Below, in pieces: positions 32,859 to 42,377 of a DNA stretch of 64,000 nucleotides. Under the pieces are notes generated by a model. The model was not told where the DNA came from, ran no database searches, and worked only from the letters and a program-made list of their open reading frames with translations. The stretch's first letter is position 1. Each line of letters starts with the position of its first letter. Source of the stretch: Geopsychrobacteraceae bacterium (GTDB taxonomy: Bacteria; Desulfobacterota; Desulfuromonadia; Desulfuromonadales; Geopsychrobacteraceae). Position numbers and translations under genes: made by a program. The DNA lies in assembly GCA_963662315.1 (NCBI GenBank), contig OY759353.1:1792001-1856000 (forward strand), given 5' to 3'.

Positions 32859-33479
32859 TTAGATTTTAGCGAGTGCAGCTTTGGCCTGCTCAGTGATAAC
32901 GGACCACTGCTTATCAGCAATCTGCTGCTTGGTTGCCAACCAGGAGCCACCAACATTGCTGACGATCGGCAAAGACAGGTACTCATTCATGTTGTCGAGG
33001 CTGACACCACCGGTAGGACACACTTTAATCCCCTGGCTGGCATAAGGACCGGCCAAGGCACTGAGCATCTTTGGACCACCAGCAGGACCTGCAGGGAAGA
33101 ATTTCAGCATTTTACAACCCAAGGACAGCGCCTGCTCAATTTCGGATGGCGTCATGATACCGGGGATAAACAGGGTATCAGCTTTTTTAAAGTAGTTAAC
33201 GATAGCGGGGTTAAGGCCTGGAGCGAGGCCAAAAGTAACACCAGCGTCAAGAGCGCGCTGAGCCTGCTCTTCAGTCAGAACAGTACCGGCGCCCAGCAGC
33301 ATTTCCGGGAATTTCTTAGCGATCCGCTCAATTGCGTCAGCGGCGGCAGCAGTACGGAAAGTCACTTCAATAACATCCATACCACCTGCCAGCAGAGCCT
33401 CAGCCAAAGGCAACGCATCATCGGCATCGTCAATAACAATAACCGGAATAATCGGGCGTTTTGCAAGTTCGTTAATCAT
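32859..33479 (-). CDS. eda: KDPG/KHG aldolase
   Basis: EVTFRT, GAGTV, LKFFPA, PTGGV. Confidence 0.96.
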   Translation of the reverse strand: MINELAKRPIIPVIVIDDADDALPLAEALLAGGMDVIEVTFRTAAAADAIERIAKKFPEMLLGAGTVLTEEQAQRALDAGVTFGLAPGLNPAIVNYFKKADTLFIPGIMTPSEIEQALSLGCKMLKFFPAGPAGGPKMLSALAGPYASQGIKVCPTGGVSLDNMNEYLSLPIVSNVGGSWLATKQQIADKQWSVITEQAKAALAKI

Positions 33480-33517
33480 GTCAGTTGTCCTTATAAGATA
33501 AATATATTAGGCATTGA

Positions 33518-33552
33518 TGAGTACCTGGCGACCAGCAGTCACCAGGTACTCA
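33518..33552. other. Stem-loop in the kdgK-eda intergenic region
   Basis: TGAGTACCTGGCGAC / GTCACCAGGTACTCA. Confidence 0.55.
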
Positions 33553-33587
33553 AGTTTGGATCCTGAGTTTCATGACGATCGCGAGAC

Positions 33588-33730
33588 GATTTTTGTTTCG
33601 AAAACGAGCAATTTTGCGTCAGATCAAGGCCATCAAGGAGATGCGCGGAGGCGTAGTACTTTATGCCGCACAAGCAAATCCGCAGATAACCGCCGAGATG
33701 ACGGAAAAGGGCCGTTTACCAACAGAAATC
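33588..33730. mobile_element. MITE-like non-autonomous element with imperfect terminal inverted repeats
   Basis: Left end GATTTTTGTTTCGAAAACGAGCAATTTTGCGTCA; reverse complement of right end GATTTCTGTTGGTAAACGGCCCTTTTCCGTCA; inner hairpin. Confidence 0.55.
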
Positions 33731-34829
33731 AGCGGTCTACGCGAGCGCCGCCACCACCTACAATCTTCTGAACTTCAGACAGTGAAGCCATCGTGGTATC
33801 ACCCGGGGTCGTCATTGCCAAAGCACCATGCGCTGCACCATATTCAACAGCCTGCTGAGCATCACCCAGAATCATCAGACCATAGATAAAGCCTGAAGCG
33901 AAGCTGTCGCCACCGCCAACGCGGTCCATGATTTCCAGTTCCGGACGCTGAATCGAGGTATAAAACTCACCTTTAACCCAGCTCATTGCTCCCCAGTCAT
34001 TAACCGTAGCGGTTTTCACGCCACGCATGGTGGTCGCAGTTGCCTGGAAGTTGGGGAACTCAGCAACAGCTTTGCCGATCATTTTTTGAAAAGATCCGAC
34101 GTCGAGGTCGGTGAGGTTTTCGTCGGTTCCTTCAATTTCAAAACCGAGGCAGGCGGTGAAGTCTTCTTCGTTACCAATCATGACATCAACGTACTTGGCG
34201 ATTTCGCGGTTGATTTCACGGCATTTTTCCAGACCGCCAAAACCTTTCCACAAAGAAGGACGATAGTTGAGGTCGTATGAAACAATTGTACCGTATTTTT
34301 TAGCCGCTTTTGCGGCCTCAATGACAACTTCGCCAGTCGTTTCCGACAAAGCAGCATAAATGCCGCCGGTATGGAACCAGCGTACGCCAAGCTCCCCAAA
34401 AATGTATTCCCAGTCGATATCACCAGCTTTCAACTGCGAAGCGGCAGTGTTGCCTCGATCAGAACAACCAACAGCACCGCGGATACCGAAACCACGCTCG
34501 GTAAAGTTCAGGCCGTTACGGACAGTCCGTCCGATACCATCATAGTCAAACCATTTGATTAAAGAGGTATCTACGCCCCCCTGGAGAATGAAATCCTCCA
34601 TCAGCAGACCAACTTCATTCTTGGCAAAAGCAGTAACCAGGGCAGCACGCTGGCCGAAACAACGGCGCAGACCACGTGCAACATTGTACTCACCGCCACC
34701 TTCCCAGGCACGGAACTGGCGAGCAGTACGAATACGTCCTTCACCCGGATCCAGTCGCAACATGACTTCGCCAAGAGAAAGAATATCGTAGCGACACTCT
34801 TGCGCCGGTTTAACTTCGATTACACCCAT
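33729..34829 (-). CDS. kdgK: 2-keto-3-deoxygluconate kinase (PfkB family)
   Basis: GEVMLRL, GGGEYNVA, YDLNYRPSLW, DRVGGGDSF; directly upstream of eda. Confidence 0.9.
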   Translation of the reverse strand: MGVIEVKPAQECRYDILSLGEVMLRLDPGEGRIRTARQFRAWEGGGEYNVARGLRRCFGQRAALVTAFAKNEVGLLMEDFILQGGVDTSLIKWFDYDGIGRTVRNGLNFTERGFGIRGAVGCSDRGNTAASQLKAGDIDWEYIFGELGVRWFHTGGIYAALSETTGEVVIEAAKAAKKYGTIVSYDLNYRPSLWKGFGGLEKCREINREIAKYVDVMIGNEEDFTACLGFEIEGTDENLTDLDVGSFQKMIGKAVAEFPNFQATATTMRGVKTATVNDWGAMSWVKGEFYTSIQRPELEIMDRVGGGDSFASGFIYGLMILGDAQQAVEYGAAHGALAMTTPGDTTMASLSEVQKIVGGGGARVDR

Positions 34830-34936
34830 TTGCTTCCTCCGATCGTTAAAAAAATTACTTAGCTATGGGCTCTCAGGTATGCAGAGAGCGGTATTTGTGA
34901 CGTAAAAAAAGGCTGACAGAACGACACGCCGTAAAG

Positions 34937-35683
34937 TCAACCTCCCAAAGATTGTGAAATAACCGCAGCACACTTTTTCACTGCTTCAATTTCAATTTCA
35001 ATCCCCTTTTCTTCGTTGTAATAAGAAGGAACGGTAATGCTTATTGCCCCGACAACTTCCTGGCGGAAACCAAGCAGCGGTGCGGCAATACAGACAATCC
35101 CGCGGGTAATTTCCTCAAGGTCGAGGGCATAACCTTCTTCGCGGATGGTTTTAAGGGAATTACGCAGGACCTCCGGATCAGTAATCGTCTTATCCGTCAA
35201 AACCTTCAGCGGTTCAGCAAGGACTTTATCGACCAGTTGCTGGGGAGAAAAGGCCAACATGGCTTTGCCCATTCCCGTGCAATACAGAGGAAAGCGTTTA
35301 CCGACTTCAGAGTAAAGCCGAATCCCGTAGTCCTGAGACTCAACCTTCTCAACAAACACACCCATGGCCCCGTCAAGAACACCAAAGTTGACAGTATGAC
35401 CGGTTGCGACATTCAGTGATTCCAGGTGCGGTCGAACATGCTTTCGCAGCTGAAAATGGCTCATGACTTCAGCGCCGGTAGCAGCCAAGCGCATACTGCC
35501 AAAATATTTTTTTGTCTCCGGATTATAATCAAGGTAACCGATTTCGGTCAGATCACGCAGAATGCGGTGGACTGAAGATTTTGGCAGGGAAACAGCAGCA
35601 ACGACGTCAGAATAGGTGACTCCTTTGCTTTGTTGGGCAACGACCGCTTCCAGTATTGTGAAAATTTTGTAGAGTGGATTCAT
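34937..35683 (-). CDS. IclR family regulator (KdgR-like)
   Basis: LPKSSVHRIL HTH, PLYCTGMGKA, GYALD.EE...G..CIAAP. Confidence 0.92.
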   Translation of the reverse strand: MNPLYKIFTILEAVVAQQSKGVTYSDVVAAVSLPKSSVHRILRDLTEIGYLDYNPETKKYFGSMRLAATGAEVMSHFQLRKHVRPHLESLNVATGHTVNFGVLDGAMGVFVEKVESQDYGIRLYSEVGKRFPLYCTGMGKAMLAFSPQQLVDKVLAEPLKVLTDKTITDPEVLRNSLKTIREEGYALDLEEITRGIVCIAAPLLGFRQEVVGAISITVPSYYNEEKGIEIEIEAVKKCAAVISQSLGG

Positions 35684-35692
35684 ACGCCTGAA

Positions 35693-35729
35693 AATCCCAT
35701 ATTTGGAGTTAGTTACTACATATTGGATG
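35693..35729. promoter_or_regulatory. Candidate IclR binding sites
   Basis: Imperfect palindrome AATCCCATATTTGGAGTT plus a second CATATTGGA copy just upstream of the regulator. Confidence 0.35.
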
Positions 35730-36186
35730 CTACCCCAATTACGGACCGACTGTCAATCCATCATTTCTCATTCATCATACAAATAATCTTTCCGTGAATA
35801 TGCTGCCTGCTCCAGTCATCAACAAGCCAACAACAGCACATGATAGTTTGGCGTCATCAGGCGTACTTTTGCCCGACTGACGGCCCCGATCGGTGTCTTC
35901 TCATTGGCGTAAGAGGCAAAAAGGCCTGCAAGGATCAAAGTCAATTGGCGAGTCGTTGTAGCGGACGTCGTTTAAGCGTCACCCAGAGGGAGAGGAGCAA
36001 TGTCCTTCGCTTCGAAAAACCTGACAGGGAACACGGGCTGAACATTGCTAAAGATTGCGTATCTGAGAACACGGCTTACCCGAAAAAGATCAGGACACAC
36101 CATCATCAAACTTTGACATTTCAATTTTCCATCGAGAGCCAATCCTGCTATGCTAGTCACGATTATTTCATGAACAGGATCAACTG

Positions 36187-36384
36187 ATGCCGGAAGAACG
36201 TTCTCCCTGGATGTGCCACATATGCGATTATCGCTCAACCATCGGTGAAGGTCTGGTGTGTTCGGAGTGTTACAAGATTACCTGTCGTGAGCACATTACC
36301 ACCACAAGTGTCTACAACCCGGACAATGGCCTTTACGAACTGCGCTTAATCTGCGTTGAATGTCACTTTAAAAAATCACTTTAA
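36187..36384 (+). CDS. Small zinc-finger-like protein
   Basis: CHIC..CSEC..CREH..CVEC in 65 aa; 10 bp upstream of sui1. Confidence 0.75.
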   Translation: MPEERSPWMCHICDYRSTIGEGLVCSECYKITCREHITTTSVYNPDNGLYELRLICVECHFKKSL

Positions 36385-36394
36385 CGGTTGAACC

Positions 36395-36754
36395 ATGGCA
36401 AACAATACAAGACTCGTTTTTTCAGACCAGGCGGGGCGCATGTGCCCAAAATGTCAGAAGCCCATCAAACAATGCATCTGCAGGGCCATCGCGGCAGCAA
36501 AAAAGCCCAAGGGGGACGGGATAGTCCGCATTCAGCGTGAAACCAAAGGGCGTAAAGGTAAAGGAGTGACTCTGGTTACCGGGGTGCCGTTAGCGGAAAC
36601 CGAATTAAAAGAGTTGGCAAAACAGCTGAAACAGCGCTGCGGAACCGGCGGCACGGTTAAAGACGGGGTCATTGAAATACAGGGGGATCACCGCGACCTG
36701 TTGCTATCTCTGTTACAGGACAAGGGATGGCAAGTAAAAAAAGCCGGGGGTTAA
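36395..36754 (+). CDS. yciH: Translation initiation factor SUI1 / YciH
   Basis: ETKGRKGKGVT, KQRCGTGGTVKDGVIEIQGDHR. Confidence 0.95.
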   Translation: MANNTRLVFSDQAGRMCPKCQKPIKQCICRAIAAAKKPKGDGIVRIQRETKGRKGKGVTLVTGVPLAETELKELAKQLKQRCGTGGTVKDGVIEIQGDHRDLLLSLLQDKGWQVKKAGG

Positions 36755-37875
36755 GCCCCGGCTCTGTCAATCTTCACGACGGCAAAACCACCACCGTCGG
36801 TCTGCATATTGGTCAAACGCCCCCGGTAAAGCCGTGCAGCCAAGCCGAAAACCTGATCACGAAAAGCAAATAAGCGAAAATCGGCCTTCATCTCTTCCTG
36901 CCCTGGAATCGCTACCGTCGAGGGGAGAACCAGTTCCTGAACTAAGGTGTTCTCCCTGTCCAGCGAAGAAAATCTGGTTTTCGATATTTTCTTGCCAAAA
37001 TAAATGTCCTGACTGCCAAACCCTTCAACCGGTTTCATAACCCACTTTTTACGACTGGCCCAGATTTCATCCTGATCAACATCTGCAAGGAGGTTGGCCT
37101 CCGGCACACAGCGCAGCAAACCCGTCACCTCGCGCTCAGATAGCCCCATATCTTTCAAAAAAGCACGGTCGGAAAATTGCCTCAGGCGACGCTTGTCTGA
37201 CAACAGCGCATAGTCAAAGGGATTCGGGGATAAACAGACCTGTCGCTCAAGGTAACATCTTTTCAGCTCAACCAGCGCAGGATCATCAAGGTAAAAATCG
37301 CAGTGGCGCATATAAAGCATATCAACCTTATCTGCACCGACATAGACACCATCCTGCTCATAGCGCAGTTGGGCAGCTCCAACGATCTTGGCAGGCATCC
37401 CGCATTCTCTCAGCAGTTGAGCAAACACCTGCATTTCCGGATAGAGGAACTCACCCTCTGGATTCTGATCAAAAATATACACATTTGCCGGTCGGCCTTG
37501 TTCACCGCCTCGGTAAGCGCGGTAAGTGGCCAAAAATGCGCTACAAATGTTATCCCGAAGCAGCGTCGGAACACGGACTGCGGCAATATCAGGTGCTGGA
37601 GTATGCGCAAGCAGCGCAAGCAGTCCGCCACCGGCATTGGTATTGATCTCTATCAGTTTTGGACCGCTTGCGGTGAGGTGGAAGTCATAGCACATAAAAA
37701 CCGAACCATAACTGGGATCTACCCGTGTCACCTCTTTACCCTGCCCGGCAACATACTGGCGATATGACGCAGACTCAGCCAATCGCGTCAGTATTTTTGC
37801 TGCTCGCACCATACCCAGCAAGTCTGCCATCTTTATCGATGCGCTATAGGGACTTAAATAAGCGTCGTAAAGCAT
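36751..37875 (-). CDS. Circularly permuted ATP-grasp-like ligase of unknown function
   Basis: YDFHL..GPKLIEINTNAGG near the N-terminus; DKR, WVMKP..GFGS, VQE, DFR and TN...GGG near the C-terminus. Confidence 0.7.
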   Translation of the reverse strand: MLYDAYLSPYSASIKMADLLGMVRAAKILTRLAESASYRQYVAGQGKEVTRVDPSYGSVFMCYDFHLTASGPKLIEINTNAGGGLLALLAHTPAPDIAAVRVPTLLRDNICSAFLATYRAYRGGEQGRPANVYIFDQNPEGEFLYPEMQVFAQLLRECGMPAKIVGAAQLRYEQDGVYVGADKVDMLYMRHCDFYLDDPALVELKRCYLERQVCLSPNPFDYALLSDKRRLRQFSDRAFLKDMGLSEREVTGLLRCVPEANLLADVDQDEIWASRKKWVMKPVEGFGSQDIYFGKKISKTRFSSLDRENTLVQELVLPSTVAIPGQEEMKADFRLFAFRDQVFGLAARLYRGRLTNMQTDGGGFAVVKIDRAGA

Positions 37876-37894
37876 GCTCTCTCTTTCTGCTGTT

Positions 37895-38923
37895 TTAAAA
37901 TGAATTGATGCGCCGAATAAATGACTTCAGTAGACCGTAACTCCGCCGATTAAACTGTAGAGTCAGACGCGGTAACTGAATAATGTCCGGTTCATCCTGT
38001 TCCTCTGGTAAATGCGAAGACAACTTCATTTTCCCGTCTGGAGCCAGAATTTCGCTGAATTCGCTATTCAGAATTGTCAGCTGCTCGGTATCAAGTGCCT
38101 TGTTCATGCGAATCACCAGCTGGTCACGAACAAAACGCATGGAGTGATAGTTTCGATAGAAATCATCTATAATCTGCACGGCTTCTTCAGGATCCCGCGT
38201 GATGGTGAAATGCGCAAAATCCTCACCAGAAATCAGACCACGTTTCAACAAACTGTCCCGCACGAACTCAAGCCAGTCTTCCCAATAACCGCCTGCATCA
38301 TCAATCATGACCAAGGGAATCGGTGGATTCTTTCCGGTCTGGATCAGGGTCATGACTTCCATGGCCTCATCCAGGGTACCAAAGCCGCCCGGGAATAATG
38401 CAACAGCATGGGCCTCTTTCAAAAAAGCGACTTTACGGTTAAAAAAGTAACGGTAGGTAATCACTTTTTTATCCTGGTTCATGACCGGGTTGGTATCCTG
38501 TTCAAACGGCAGATGGATGTTCACGGCAAAGGAATTATCAACCCCCGCCCCTTCATTACCTGCCTGCATAATCCCTGGACCCCCGCCAGTGATGACCATG
38601 TAATTGTGCTCGACCAGACGTTTGCAGAACTGTACACACGTCTGGTAGATCGGCTCATCGGGTTTAGTCCGGGCGCTACCGAAAACCGTGACCTTTTTGC
38701 GCTGCCGGTAAGGAGCAAAGACCTTATTGGTATAGCGCATTTCCTTCATAGTGGTGCGGATCAGTTTCTGATCCGCCAGGTAGTTATTCTCCTGCCCTGA
38801 TTTCAGGGCCCCGATAATCATCTCCCGAATAACTTCAGGATGGTAGACTTCGGCCTTTTTAAGCAGTTTATCAATCAGCTCATCGATCTCTCCATTCGGA
38901 TGAGAAAAGCTCAGTGGCGTCAT
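37895..38923 (-). CDS. LOG family (TIGR00730) nucleotide phosphoribohydrolase with terminal extensions
   Basis: VFGSAR, TGGGPGIMQAGN, YFFNRK, PGGFGTLDE. Confidence 0.92.
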   Translation of the reverse strand: MTPLSFSHPNGEIDELIDKLLKKAEVYHPEVIREMIIGALKSGQENNYLADQKLIRTTMKEMRYTNKVFAPYRQRKKVTVFGSARTKPDEPIYQTCVQFCKRLVEHNYMVITGGGPGIMQAGNEGAGVDNSFAVNIHLPFEQDTNPVMNQDKKVITYRYFFNRKVAFLKEAHAVALFPGGFGTLDEAMEVMTLIQTGKNPPIPLVMIDDAGGYWEDWLEFVRDSLLKRGLISGEDFAHFTITRDPEEAVQIIDDFYRNYHSMRFVRDQLVIRMNKALDTEQLTILNSEFSEILAPDGKMKLSSHLPEEQDEPDIIQLPRLTLQFNRRSYGLLKSFIRRINSF

Positions 38924-38946
38924 GGTGGTATTCTCCCGTAACAGGG

Positions 38947-39495
38947 TTAAGCGGAACGCTCTTTAAAGGTAAAAAAGGAACGGCCGGACAAACGCTGATC
39001 CTGCAGCAACAACCCTGTCATAGCGGCCCCCAGGTAGCGATCTGAAAATTCGAAATAAAGGGCTCGGAGCTGTTTTTCCAGCTGGTAAAAACGCTCCAGT
39101 TCCTCTGCCCTCAAATTAGCCTCAATCTTATCACAAATAAAGCTGATACAGTTATAGGGGCGTTCAGTAACCGGCAGCAGGCACCCCTTCCAGCTTAAGA
39201 AAGGACAGGTCTGGGTAAAATCCGCATCAGGAGGAAGTGTATTGGCACGCAGAAAACCAAGCAGATTGACCAGCGTCATATGGTGGTGCCCCCGGGCACA
39301 ACAGTCCCCCTCGCAGTCCCGGCAATGCTCAGTCCCGTCCGCATTGTCAAACAGAGCCTGAAGCGCAACCTGCAGCTGTTGAATCTGATCAAGCCGCACG
39401 TTGATCCAGCTTTTTTCCTCATCAGGCAATAAGCGATACTCAGCTGCAATCTGAGCCACAATCTGTTGCCAACGCGAAGTTCTATTATTATCCAT
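38947..39495 (-). CDS. Cys-cluster protein (YkgJ / CxxCxxCC-like)
   Basis: CRDCEGDCC...CPFL...CLL...RPYNC.SF.C. Confidence 0.7.
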   Translation of the reverse strand: MDNNRTSRWQQIVAQIAAEYRLLPDEEKSWINVRLDQIQQLQVALQALFDNADGTEHCRDCEGDCCARGHHHMTLVNLLGFLRANTLPPDADFTQTCPFLSWKGCLLPVTERPYNCISFICDKIEANLRAEELERFYQLEKQLRALYFEFSDRYLGAAMTGLLLQDQRLSGRSFFTFKERSA

Positions 39496-39620
39496 AGAGC
39501 ACCTGTAAAAAAGGCAGTATGAAGAATTCATACTGCCCGAAAAACTGACTGGCAACTGAAAAAGTTAGCAAAAAAATCAGTACTATCTGTAGCCATTTTC
39601 TGAACAGAAAATAACTGGTT

Positions 39621-40009
39621 AAAGAAGGACGTAAGCCGGGTTCTGTTCTGCTGTGCAGTTACCCGCACAGCAGCGACGATCATTCATCTAGAACCGCCGT
39701 TGCCGACGGTTTCGAGCAGCCTAACCCGGAAACTTCGGACGGACCGCCCTCAAACGTTTCCCTATTTGGCCTTGCTCCGGATGGGGTTTACCGAGCTTTC
39801 GACGTCACCGCCGAAACTGGTGAGCTCTTACCTCACCCTTTCACCCTTATCCACCATGACTCCAGGAGTCGTGGGGACGGTTTCCTTTCTGTGGCACTTT
39901 CCCTGGGGTTACCCCCGGTTCCCGTTAGGAACCATCCTGCCCTGCGGAGCCCGGACTTTCCTCCCGTCTGTTGCTAAAGCAACAGACCAGCGATCATCTG
40001 TCCCTCTTT
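39621..40009 (-). ncRNA. rnpB: RNase P RNA (bacterial class A)
   Basis: Minus strand carries GAGGAAAGUCCGGGCUCC, AGUGCCACAGAAA, GGUAAACCCC and CAGAACCCGGCUUA; P1 pairs AAAGAGGGAC with GUCCUUCUUU. Confidence 0.97.
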
Positions 40010-40024
40010 AACCAGCTAACCTGA

Positions 40025-40735
40025 TCAGACTTCTGCGTCAATAAAAAGGATACGGTTACAGTGCGGGCAGGTCTCAATCTCGGTAGCATGCAGCAGCTTG
40101 TTGAACTGTTGTGGCGGTAACTGCATGTTACAACCAAGGCAGGCACCATTGCGAGCAGGGGCCAGGGCCAATCCATCACGACGCTTGAACAGATTCTGAT
40201 ATTGCCTCAAAAGGCCCTTGGGCAGATCGGCGGCAACACTTTCGCGTCCCTGAATGCGCTTTTGCAAAGTTTCTTCCGATTCGGTCAGCAAACTTTCAAG
40301 CTCGGCACCACGGGCATCGGACTTTTCAGCAATGGCAGCAAGTTGAGAGTCCTTTTCCTTGCGATCCTCGTCAAGAACGCTGATTTCCTGCAGCTTGCTT
40401 TCAAGGCTTTCTTCAAGCTCTTTATTCGCCTTCTTCGCAAGATCGATCTCCTTTAAGACCGCAACATATTCCTTCTGAGTCTGAATCTCGGGCAGGCGGG
40501 CTTCAACCTTAGCAACCTGATCACGCTGTTTCTGCAACTCCTGCATAATCTGGCTTTCATCCGCCTTCAATGTGGAGATTTCATCATTTAGCTGATCGAG
40601 CATCTCCTGAATGCGTGCTGCTTCAGCCGCAAACCCTTCCATCTCGTCTTTATACCCCTGGCGAGTCGCCTCAATGGCACTGATTTCCTGATCAATTTCC
40701 TGCAAGTCACGCAACAGGGTCATTTTGCTTTGCAC
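40025..40735 (-). CDS. Coiled-coil protein with C4 zinc ribbon (DUF164 type)
   Basis: LQEIDQEI coiled coil and CLGCNM...CPHCNRIL. GTG start after GGAGG. Confidence 0.9.
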   Translation of the reverse strand: MQSKMTLLRDLQEIDQEISAIEATRQGYKDEMEGFAAEAARIQEMLDQLNDEISTLKADESQIMQELQKQRDQVAKVEARLPEIQTQKEYVAVLKEIDLAKKANKELEESLESKLQEISVLDEDRKEKDSQLAAIAEKSDARGAELESLLTESEETLQKRIQGRESVAADLPKGLLRQYQNLFKRRDGLALAPARNGACLGCNMQLPPQQFNKLLHATEIETCPHCNRILFIDAEV

Positions 40736-40770
40736 TATCTCATCCTCCGTCAAACTCAGGTTTTTGACAG

Positions 40771-41904
40771 TCAGAACACAGGCTGAAAGGGGTCTTGTTC
40801 TGCTGTCATTTCAATTACTTCAATAGTTAGTTCACGTTGTTCAAATAACCGGCGTAAACGTTTTGAAAGCTGATTAATCATAATATGCTCGGTCGGAAAA
40901 TGACCGGCATCGACTAAGGCGACACCATCATTGCGCGCCCGCTGTGCTTCGTGGAATTTAATATCACCTGTCACCAGGCAATCGGCCCCCTGGCGCACGG
41001 CATCATTGTAAATACACATGCCACTCCCGCCGCAGACCGCAACTTTCGAAATTTTCTGATCCGGGCATCCCACCATACGCAACGAATTGGAACCAAGCAT
41101 GTCCTTGACGCGGCTGGCGAAATCCTTAAGAGCAACCGGGGCCGCAAGGTGACCGATACGACCAAGGCCGACACGGTTCTGCACGTTGGCAAGGGGAATA
41201 ATATCGTAAGCGACGTCCTCATAGGGGTGCGCCTTAACCAGGCGCTCAATAGCTTTTGCAAGTAGAGCCCTGGGAATAATGCTCTCGACCCGGTATTCCC
41301 GGGTTTCTTCAAAAACACCCGGAGTACCAATAAACGGATCCGTTGTATCAGCACCACGAAACGACCCGGTCCCAGCGACTCTGAAGGAGCAACGATCATA
41401 GTCTCCGATCGATCCGGCCCCGGCCGCAAATAAGGCCTCCATAATGGCCGTTTCATGCCCTTCCGGCACATAAACAACAATTTTGGCAAACGTATCTGTT
41501 GCAGGTTTTTCCAAGGGGGTTAAATCGGAGAGTTCCAAGGTTGCCGCGAGCCAGTCATTAAGACCATCGGCGGCACGATCTAGATTGGTGTGAGCACTAG
41601 CGATGGCGATATTATTCTGAATGGCAGAGAAGAGGACCTGGCCTGTCGAATCGGTTGGGGAAAGGCGTTTCAGCGGACGAAAAATCAACGGATGGTGGGC
41701 TATTATAAGCTGAGCTCCCTGGCTTATGGCCGTCTGCACGGCCAGATCTTCCGCATCAAGACAGACCAGTATCTTATCCACCAATTGGCCTGGGTCCCCC
41801 ACCTGCAAACCGACATTATCCCAGTCTTCCGCCAAGCATGGTGGACATAATCTGTGCAACAATCCGAGTACGTCGGAAAGCCGGGCGTGTCTCTGTTTAG
41901 CCAT
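40771..41904 (-). CDS. Nif3-like dinuclear metal centre protein (YqfO type)
   Basis: AEDWDNVGL, HHP, HTNLD, HPYE, GDIKFH, DAGHF.TE. Confidence 0.95.
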   Translation of the reverse strand: MAKQRHARLSDVLGLLHRLCPPCLAEDWDNVGLQVGDPGQLVDKILVCLDAEDLAVQTAISQGAQLIIAHHPLIFRPLKRLSPTDSTGQVLFSAIQNNIAIASAHTNLDRAADGLNDWLAATLELSDLTPLEKPATDTFAKIVVYVPEGHETAIMEALFAAGAGSIGDYDRCSFRVAGTGSFRGADTTDPFIGTPGVFEETREYRVESIIPRALLAKAIERLVKAHPYEDVAYDIIPLANVQNRVGLGRIGHLAAPVALKDFASRVKDMLGSNSLRMVGCPDQKISKVAVCGGSGMCIYNDAVRQGADCLVTGDIKFHEAQRARNDGVALVDAGHFPTEHIMINQLSKRLRRLFEQRELTIEVIEMTAEQDPFQPVF

Positions 41905-41918
41905 GCGTTTCAACCCGC

Positions 41919-41954
41919 AAAAACAAAGAGTGCACCGGTCTCCCGGTGCACTCT
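41919..41954 (-). terminator. Intrinsic terminator downstream of the tRNA
   Basis: AGAGTGCACCGG / CCGGTGCACTCT, followed by a U-rich tract on the minus strand. Confidence 0.7.
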
Positions 41955-42110
41955 GTTAATTTTTTTAGTCTATCCCCGCCACGTTCCATATCGTGTTTTG
42001 TGATCAACGCCGCGTTCTTGCCCTGCGGTGATAACAGGCATTTCAAACTCAATTTTGTGTTCAACGTTCTTGCCTAAATATCGACTGCGTTAACATGCGA
42101 AAGGATTAAA

Positions 42111-42187
42111 TGGTGGGCCCACCAGGACTCGAACCTGGGACCAGCCGGTTATGAGCCGGCGGCTCTAACCAACTGAGCTATAGGCCC
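42111..42187 (-). tRNA. tRNA with CAU anticodon, probably tRNA-Ile2 (lysidine-modified)
   Basis: GGGCCTATAGCTCAGTTGGTTAGAGCCGCCGGCTCATAACCGGCTGGTCCCAGGTTCGAGTCCTGGTGGGCCCACCA; acceptor stem resembles Ile2; CCA encoded. Confidence 0.93.
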
Positions 42188-42281
42188 TTCACAAGGGGGT
42201 AATAATATGCAAAACGCATGGTGCCGTCAAGAATCTTTTTTCCCATTTTTTTAAATAAAAACCGTAGTTAGAATACAACGC

Positions 42282-42319
42282 AAAAGCCCCCTGCCAACTT
42301 GACTGTTGACCAGGGGGCT
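42282..42319 (-). terminator. Intrinsic terminator after rpoD
   Basis: AGCCCCCTG...CAGGGGGCT with an A-run. Confidence 0.65.
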
Positions 42320-42377
42320 GTCATTTCAAATGACAGGCGTCAGGTATACTTTCATACACCCTGACGCCAGCGTGACA

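Noticed and set aside
35840..36238. 115 aa (+) and 88 aa (-) ORFs
   Set aside because: No RBS, no motifs and atypical composition
39700..40011. 103 aa ORF on the plus strand
   Set aside because: It is antisense to the RNase P RNA gene
42111..42187. tRNA as an integration site
   Set aside because: No integrase or duplicated tRNA 3' end is visible; the flanks are core genes
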